A stretch of 64,000 bases of DNA from an uncultured bacterium (lineage in GTDB: Bacteria; Krumholzibacteriota; Krumholzibacteriia; LZORAL124-64-63). Location: NCBI GenBank assembly GCA_963727525.1, contig CAVSGO010000007.1, positions 1,216,001 through 1,280,000 of the forward strand. Reading direction: 5' to 3'. This document shows, in pieces, positions 57,008-64,000 of the stretch; the first letter of the stretch is position 1; each line of letters starts with the position of its first letter. The position numbers and the translations under genes were made by a program. The notes below the pieces were generated by a model. It ran no database searches. It was not told the origin of the DNA and was given only the letters and a program-made list of their open reading frames with translations.

Positions 57008-57969
57008 GCATTCTCCTTGGCGACATAGGTCGCGAACAGTCGGCCCCAGGGTGTGTCCGCCACCCGTCGCCACGATCGACGGCCGACCGTGGGGTACCAC
57101 AAGAGATCTCGCACCGCCGCACCGACTCGCGGGGTCCAGCGATGTCCCGCCATCGGAGTCGATCGCGACGCGGCCACGTGCGGCAGGCGCAGAGCACCGG
57201 CGTCGGCATCGCCGAGCACCGTGATGGCCTGCAGATCGGCCGACCCCAACCCCGCCGCCTGACACGCCCGCAGCCAGGGCAGGCGCCAGGCGTCGAGCCC
57301 GAGCAACCGCGCCGCCACAGCGTCGACCGCGACTGGATCGTATCCCGCCAGCAGCACGTTGGCCACCACGGGAAGTCGACCACCCGGGCCGGGCCGGTCA
57401 CCACAGACGGTGGCGTCCATCACCACAAAGGTGGCGGGCGTGACCGTCGCGCGCAACCGAAGCAGATCGCACCAGGCATCCGGCGTCGCCATGGCCGTGG
57501 CGCGGGCGTGTGGCGGCAGCCACGCGAGGTGCGCCGCTACCGCCCCGCGCAGACCCCAGCGGGAATCCGTGCGCAGCACGGGCAATAGCACCGCCCCGCG
57601 CCCCTGCAGCGGCGCCTCACCGCGCGCCGTCGCCGCATCGAGATCGGTCAGCTTCAGGCCGCGCGTACGGAGAACGCCATCCCAGCCGAGCTCCGCGCCT
57701 GCCCGGCGCGGCGCCGCCCCCGGCACGCCGGCCGCGACCGCCCGCACATCCGCGCGGCCCGCGAGGGCCAGGGCCATGCCGTCGAGATGCCACGGGGCCG
57801 TTCCGGCCGCCGGCAGGCGCCGCGGCCATGCGACGTCGAGGACGAGGACGTGCCCGGCCTCGCCGACGGCATCCGCGTAGGCCGCGAATCCCGCGAGGCG
57901 CGCGGCGCGTTCCAGATCGGCCGTCACCGTTTCTGGCCGCGTATTCACGAGAGCAACATGCGCATCCAT
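57004..57969 (-). CDS. DUF362-like protein (divergent)
   Basis: VVMDATVCGDRPGP, LLAGYDPVAVDAVAARLLGLD..RLPWLR...AGLG. Confidence 0.68.
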   Translation of the reverse strand: MDAHVALVNTRPETVTADLERAARLAGFAAYADAVGEAGHVLVLDVAWPRRLPAAGTAPWHLDGMALALAGRADVRAVAAGVPGAAPRRAGAELGWDGVLRTRGLKLTDLDAATARGEAPLQGRGAVLLPVLRTDSRWGLRGAVAAHLAWLPPHARATAMATPDAWCDLLRLRATVTPATFVVMDATVCGDRPGPGGRLPVVANVLLAGYDPVAVDAVAARLLGLDAWRLPWLRACQAAGLGSADLQAITVLGDADAGALRLPHVAASRSTPMAGHRWTPRVGAAVRDLLWYPTVGRRSWRRVADTPWGRLFATYVAKENA

Positions 57970-58035
57970 GGTCACCTCCGACCGCTGCCAACGTCGGCTG
58001 GTGGTTCGGGTTCCCTCGCAGCGGTTGGGCACGGG

Positions 58036-59514
58036 TCAGTAGGCGTTCTCCCCACGCACGATATGATCGACCGTCATCAGCAGGATCCGCACATCGAGCC
58101 ACACCGACCAGTTCTCCACGTAATGCAGATCGTACAGCGTCCGCGTCTCGATGCTCGAATTCCCCCGTAGTCCATTCACCTGAGCCCAACCGGTGAGCCC
58201 CGACTTCACGCGATGCCGTTCGAAGTAGCGCGGCATCTCCTGGCTGAACTGCTCGACGAAGACCCTTCGCTCCGGCCGGGGTCCCACCAGGCTCATGTCG
58301 CCGGACAGCACGTTCAGGAGCTGCGGCAACTCGTCCAGGCTCCAGCGCCGCAGCAAGCGGCCGAGCGGCGTGACGCGCGGATCGTCGGCGACCGTCCACA
58401 CCGGCCCCGAAGCCTTCTCGGCGTCCGTGCGCATGGAACGGAACTTCAGCATGGTGAACTCGCGCCCGTCACGTCCGACGCGGCGTTGCCGGTAGAGCAA
58501 CGGACCGGGTGACGAAAGCTTTATCCCCAGGGCCAGCGCGAGCAGAACGGGCGCGAGCGCCACCAGCCCGACGGCCGACAGCACCAGGTCGAAGGTCCGC
58601 TTCACGATGCGGTCGGCCCCGCTCAACGCCACCTCGCGCACGGAGATCAGCGGCAGGCCGGCCACCTCCGTCAGCCGCATCTTGCTCGTGTGTAGCTCCA
58701 CGAGGTCGGGCACGAACTGGACGTCGGTCGTCAGATTCGCGAGCGCCGCTACCATGTCGGTGATCAGGGGCAACTGGTCGAATCGCAACGTGAGCACCAC
58801 GCGATCGATCTGCCGGGCGACGACCACGTCGCGGATCTCGGCGATGCCACCCAGACAGGGGATCGGCGGCGGCGGCGCCACCTCGCGATGCGGGTTGCCG
58901 CTGGCATCGAGGGGCGACTCCACGATCTGCACATGCTGCGGCCCCGGGTCGAGCTCCCCCGGGATGCTCAACCAGCCGACGATCTCCAGCGCCAGTCCGG
59001 GCAGGTCCCGCACCGCCTGCAGCAGCCGCATACGCATGCGCGTATCGCCCGCCAGGAGCACCCGCGAGCGCCGCATGCCGCGCTGGAGCACGCGCGCCAG
59101 CACGCGCCGCGTGACGATGCGGCCGACGCACAGGCACACCCAGCTCGTCCAGAAGAAGATCCCGAAGAACGAACGGCTGAAGGTCATCGCTCGCACGAAG
59201 AACGCCAGAGCCAGCACGAGAAGGCTGCTCACCACCATTCCGCGGAAGAGCCCCACAAAATCGTACTCGATGCGCCGTCCGCCGCGGTCGGCATAGAGAC
59301 CAAGCGCATAGAAGATGGCCAGGAACACCATGAGGGTCACGACGCTGGCCACGAGGTACGGACCGAAGGGCGGTATGCCCAGCGGCACGAGCCAGACCCC
59401 GCTATGGAAACGCCACCAGTAGGTGAGCAGGAACGCCACCTCGAGCATCACCGCGTCGATGATCATCGTGACGGCCGGTTCCAGCAGATCATCGCGCCGA
59501 CGTGTCTCAACCAT
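58036..59514 (-). CDS. Undecaprenyl-phosphate glucose phosphotransferase (WcaJ/WbaP family)
   Basis: 4 N-terminal TM; KRTFDL, KFRSM, SLDELPQLLNVL.GDMSLVGPRPER, GLTGWAQVNG. Confidence 0.92.
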   Translation of the reverse strand: MVETRRRDDLLEPAVTMIIDAVMLEVAFLLTYWWRFHSGVWLVPLGIPPFGPYLVASVVTLMVFLAIFYALGLYADRGGRRIEYDFVGLFRGMVVSSLLVLALAFFVRAMTFSRSFFGIFFWTSWVCLCVGRIVTRRVLARVLQRGMRRSRVLLAGDTRMRMRLLQAVRDLPGLALEIVGWLSIPGELDPGPQHVQIVESPLDASGNPHREVAPPPPIPCLGGIAEIRDVVVARQIDRVVLTLRFDQLPLITDMVAALANLTTDVQFVPDLVELHTSKMRLTEVAGLPLISVREVALSGADRIVKRTFDLVLSAVGLVALAPVLLALALGIKLSSPGPLLYRQRRVGRDGREFTMLKFRSMRTDAEKASGPVWTVADDPRVTPLGRLLRRWSLDELPQLLNVLSGDMSLVGPRPERRVFVEQFSQEMPRYFERHRVKSGLTGWAQVNGLRGNSSIETRTLYDLHYVENWSVWLDVRILLMTVDHIVRGENAY

Positions 59515-60709
59515 GGCGCGCCTCCCGCGGCCGGTGCTGCGCCCATGCCTGCCGCAGCCGTGACGCGATCTCCTCCCGGAATCGCTGGCGGCCGAACGCC
59601 TCGGCATGGCGCCTCATCGCCACCCGATCCCACGGCTCGTCGAGCCGGGGGTCGTCGAGCGCCGCAGCGAGACTGGTGGCCGTCTGCTCCGGGAAGAAGA
59701 TGCCGTTGAGGCCCTCGCGTACGGTGTCGAACACGCCGCCGGCGCCGTAGGCCACCACGGGCGTGCCGCAGGCTGTGGCTTCCAGGGGGGTGATGCCGAA
59801 GTCCTCGTGGCCGGGAAAGACGAAACTCCGCGCGTGCGCATACAGAGATGGGAGCTGTGGCGTGGCGACGGCGCCCAGGAAGGTCACGGGCCCTTCGGCA
59901 CCCAGCGCCCGCAAGCGCGCGGCCTCGCTGCCTTTGCCCACGACCACGAGCGGTCGCCGCGCCATGCAGGCCGCCCGTACCGCGATGTCGATCCGCTTGT
60001 ACGGCACGAGCGCCGATACGACGAGGTCGTAGCTGCCGCTCGCCAGGCCTGGTGGCGGCAGCAATGTGGTCGCGTCGCCCAGAAACATGTCCACGTCCAC
60101 CGGCGGCGCGATCACGGCGATGTGCGGCGGCGCAACGTCGTAGTAGTCGACGATGCGCTGGCGCACGCAGGTGCTGTTGGCGAGCCACAGATTCACGCGG
60201 TGGGCGGTGCGCCGGTCCCAGGCGCGTAGCCAGGCGGCCTGGCGCGCGATGAGCCAGCGCAGCGGCTGCGGCTTGCGGCCGAAGTAGTCGTCGAACCGAT
60301 CCCATACGTAGCGCATCGGCGTGTGGCAGTAACAGACACTCAGCGCTCCGGGCGCCGGCCGTGCAGACTTGGCGACGCAGTGGCTACTCGAGAGGACGAG
60401 GTCGTAGCCCCCCAGGTCGAACGACTCCACGGCCGATGGCATGAGCGGCAGCGCCCAGCGATAGATACGCGCGGCCGCGGGGAGGTGCTGGATACGACCG
60501 GCGGTGACGATGCGATGCCGCGCGATCGAGGCACTCACCGCGCCCGGCACGTGCAGGAGCGTGAAAATATCGGCCTGCGGGAAGATCTCGCAGAAGACCT
60601 CGAGGCACTTCTCGCCACCGCGCATGCCGGTGAGCCAGTCGTGCACCAGCGCCACGCGCAAGTCGCGCGGGAAGGACGACGCGATCTCCGCAACCTCAGG
60701 CATCGCCAC
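59507..60709 (-). CDS. GT4 glycosyltransferase (WbaZ-like)
   Basis: VALVHDWLTGMRGGEK, CHTPMRY, LVPYKRID, EDFGITPLEA. Confidence 0.9.
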   Translation of the reverse strand: MAMPEVAEIASSFPRDLRVALVHDWLTGMRGGEKCLEVFCEIFPQADIFTLLHVPGAVSASIARHRIVTAGRIQHLPAAARIYRWALPLMPSAVESFDLGGYDLVLSSSHCVAKSARPAPGALSVCYCHTPMRYVWDRFDDYFGRKPQPLRWLIARQAAWLRAWDRRTAHRVNLWLANSTCVRQRIVDYYDVAPPHIAVIAPPVDVDMFLGDATTLLPPPGLASGSYDLVVSALVPYKRIDIAVRAACMARRPLVVVGKGSEAARLRALGAEGPVTFLGAVATPQLPSLYAHARSFVFPGHEDFGITPLEATACGTPVVAYGAGGVFDTVREGLNGIFFPEQTATSLAAALDDPRLDEPWDRVAMRRHAEAFGRQRFREEIASRLRQAWAQHRPREARHG

Positions 60710-61313
60710 GATCGACCGCCGGTGCCCCGCCCCGCGTGGCCTCGAGGATGGCGCACAGGGCGTGGATCATCGCGATGTGGATCTCCTGGATGCGCGGCGT
60801 ATGGTCGCTCGGCGCCACCACGGAGCCGTCGAGCAGCGGCATGAGCTTGCCGCCGTCACGCCCGAGCAGGCCGTGCACGCGCAGTCCGAGGCGGCGGGCC
60901 ATGGCGACGGCCTCTAGGCAGTTCGGCGAGTTCCCGCTGGTGGAGATCACGAGCAGCACGTCCTCGGGCTTGCCCAGAGCCTGCACCTGGCGCGCGAAGA
61001 CGTGGTCGAAACCGTAGTCGTTGGACACCGCCGTCAACGTGGAGGGATTCACGGTGAGCGCCACAGCCGCCCAGCCAGGCCGCTCGGTTTCGAATCGACC
61101 CACCAGCTCCGCCACGAGATGCTGGCTGTCGGCCGCGCTGCCGCCGTTTCCGCACACCATGAGCTTGCCGCCGCGAGACCAGGCGTCGAGGACGTCGTCG
61201 GCCAGCGCGACGAGCGCCACCTGATGGGCCGGGCCGAGGCGGTCGAGCGCGAGCCGCAGCCCCGCGAGCGTGCGCTGGTAGAGTTCGGCGGCGACGGACG
61301 GATTGGCGGTCAT
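60696..61313 (-). CDS. gmhA: Sedoheptulose-7-phosphate isomerase
   Basis: CGNGGSAADSQH, SNDYGF, ISTSGNSPN, TPRIQEIH. Confidence 0.94.
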   Translation of the reverse strand: MTANPSVAAELYQRTLAGLRLALDRLGPAHQVALVALADDVLDAWSRGGKLMVCGNGGSAADSQHLVAELVGRFETERPGWAAVALTVNPSTLTAVSNDYGFDHVFARQVQALGKPEDVLLVISTSGNSPNCLEAVAMARRLGLRVHGLLGRDGGKLMPLLDGSVVAPSDHTPRIQEIHIAMIHALCAILEATRGGAPAVDRGDA

Positions 61314-62191
61314 GGCGCGTGCGTCCTTCCTCGTTCCTCGGTCTCGTCGGCGCGCAGCTGCGAGAGATAGCGCGCGACCGCATCCTGCCAGGTCGGCCGC
61401 GGCGGACAGCCTGCCGCCGACAGCCGCGTATCGTGCAGCACCGAGCAGGCCGGTCGGCGTGCCGGTGTGGGAAACTCCGCGGTCGTGCACGGCTGCACGC
61501 GTTGCGGATCGGCACCGAGTTGCCGGGCGATTTCGCGGGCGAACGCGCACCAGGTGGTGGTCCCACGATTCGTGGCATGGAACCGCCCGCGCGCGTCGCT
61601 CGTCGCGAGCCAGGCCAGCACCTCCGCGAGGTCGGTCGCATACGTGGGGCATCCGCGCTGGTCGTCGACCACCCGCAGCTGCGGCCGCTCGTCGAGCAAC
61701 CGGCGCACGGTGCGCACGAAGTTCACGGGCCCCGCGCCGAAGAGCCAGCTCGTGCGCACAATCTGCCACGACCCGGCCAGGTTCTCAACCGCTTCCTCGC
61801 CGCGAGCCTTGGTCAGGCCATAATGATTGACGGGATCGCGGGCATCGTCCTCGCAATAGCCATCGCGGGCCGTACCGGGAAACACGTAGTCCGTGCTGAT
61901 GTACGTGAGCACCGCCCCTTGCGCGGCGCAGGCTCGCGCGAGGTGGGCTGTGGCCTCCGCATTCGCACGCATCGCGAGGCCACATTCGCTCTCGGCGCGA
62001 TCGACGGCCGTGTAGGCCGCACAATGGATGACGTGCCGCGGCGCGTGCGCCCGCAGCAGGGCCGCCGACACGGCGGGGTCGCCGAGATCGCCGTCGGAGA
62101 GGTCGACGCCCACGACATCATGATCGCACGCCATACGTGCCACCACCGCCGTGCCAAGCATGCCGGCCGCACCGGTCACCAGGATCGTCAC
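61310..62191 (-). CDS. rfbD: dTDP-4-dehydrorhamnose reductase
   Basis: TGAAGMLG, CAAYTAVDRAE, ISTDYVF, YGLTK, VVDDQRGCPT, PTPARRP. Confidence 0.94.
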   Translation of the reverse strand: MTILVTGAAGMLGTAVVARMACDHDVVGVDLSDGDLGDPAVSAALLRAHAPRHVIHCAAYTAVDRAESECGLAMRANAEATAHLARACAAQGAVLTYISTDYVFPGTARDGYCEDDARDPVNHYGLTKARGEEAVENLAGSWQIVRTSWLFGAGPVNFVRTVRRLLDERPQLRVVDDQRGCPTYATDLAEVLAWLATSDARGRFHATNRGTTTWCAFAREIARQLGADPQRVQPCTTAEFPTPARRPACSVLHDTRLSAAGCPPRPTWQDAVARYLSQLRADETEERGRTHAP

Positions 62192-62844
62192 GTCGCCTCG
62201 TCCTCCATCTCGTCGGACGCCGGCCGCATCGCACGCGCACTCTCGGCGCACAGCGACGTGGGAAAACCGCGCCCGGCGAGAAAGGCCGCCACACGCGTCT
62301 GGGCGCGCCAGTCCCGCCCCCGCGTGCGCGCCCAGCGCTGGCGAGCCGCCGTCCGCGCCAGGGCCCGCTCCAGTTCCGCCGGAAGCTGCGCGGCCACGAC
62401 CTCGTCGGCGAGCCCACCGGCGACACCCTTCTCCCGCAGCCGCGCCACGAGATACCGGCGGCCCACTGCGCGTGTACGCAGGGTATCACGGACCCACGCC
62501 TCGGCGTAACGACGATCGCTGTGGATGTCGCGGGCCTGCATGTCCGCCAGCACGGCATCCACGGCGGCGGGATCGAAATCCTCGGCCAGGAGCTTGTCGC
62601 GCAGACGCGCGACCGTCTGCAGGCGCCGGTCGAGAAACTGGAACAGTCGGCGCGCCACGCGCTTGCGTGACGCGGCCAGACGAAGCTCCGCCACCACGGA
62701 TGCGTCGAGGCGCTGCCCCACGGCCGGCAGGCCATCGGGCAGCGCCTCGCTCGCCACCTCGAGCACCTCGCCGCCATCGAGCGTGACCACCGCCATCGGC
62801 GGCAATCGATCGAGGCTCACGAGGGTGCGCTCGGTCTCGCTCAC
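62188..62844 (-). CDS. recX: Regulatory protein RecX
   Basis: Directly after recA; SDRRYAEAW, LREKGV, AFLAGRGF. Confidence 0.88.
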   Translation of the reverse strand: MSETERTLVSLDRLPPMAVVTLDGGEVLEVASEALPDGLPAVGQRLDASVVAELRLAASRKRVARRLFQFLDRRLQTVARLRDKLLAEDFDPAAVDAVLADMQARDIHSDRRYAEAWVRDTLRTRAVGRRYLVARLREKGVAGGLADEVVAAQLPAELERALARTAARQRWARTRGRDWRAQTRVAAFLAGRGFPTSLCAESARAMRPASDEMEDEAT

Positions 62845-62845
62845 C

Positions 62846-63949
<1,104 letters not shown>

Positions 63950-64000
63950 GGCTTCCTGCTCCTGTGCAACTGGTTGTGGGAGATTCGCTTGCGGAATCAA

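Overview
High-GC bacterial chromosomal window of housekeeping and cell-envelope genes. All genes except two are on the minus strand, and many are translationally coupled by 4-8 bp overlaps. In transcription order (right to left): recA-recX-rfbD-gmhA-GT4-wcaJ-like PGT; DUF362-like-ispE; spoVG-tRNA-Gln-prs-rplY-pth; rpsF-rpsR-DUF2232-rplI-manC-PpiC lipoprotein; DUF2914-DUF151-LpoA-like lipoprotein; a plus-strand amidase/TonB-like pair; selA-SPOR protein-smc-ftsY; an FMN riboswitch with ribD-ribE-ribBA-ribH-nusB running into an ~18 kb glycosylation locus (DUF2723/TMEM260-like and YfhO-like GT-C proteins, a polyprenol-P-mannose synthase-like GT2, other GTs, flippases, epimerase/dehydratase); and the dcw cluster mraZ-STAS-rsmH-ftsL-ftsI-murE-murF-mraY-murD-ftsW-murG-murC (partial). 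Gene content suggests a diderm, possibly an FCB-related candidate phylum (inference only). I saw no mobile elements, CRISPR arrays or rRNA. The best leads are a putative bacterial protein O-mannosylation locus, several envelope proteins with apparently dead catalytic domains, a Ser-to-Tyr STAS protein inside the dcw cluster, and a structured rplY leader. All family assignments come from motif recognition by eye, not database searches. Many start codons were re-picked from the ORF track using overlaps and SD-like motifs.
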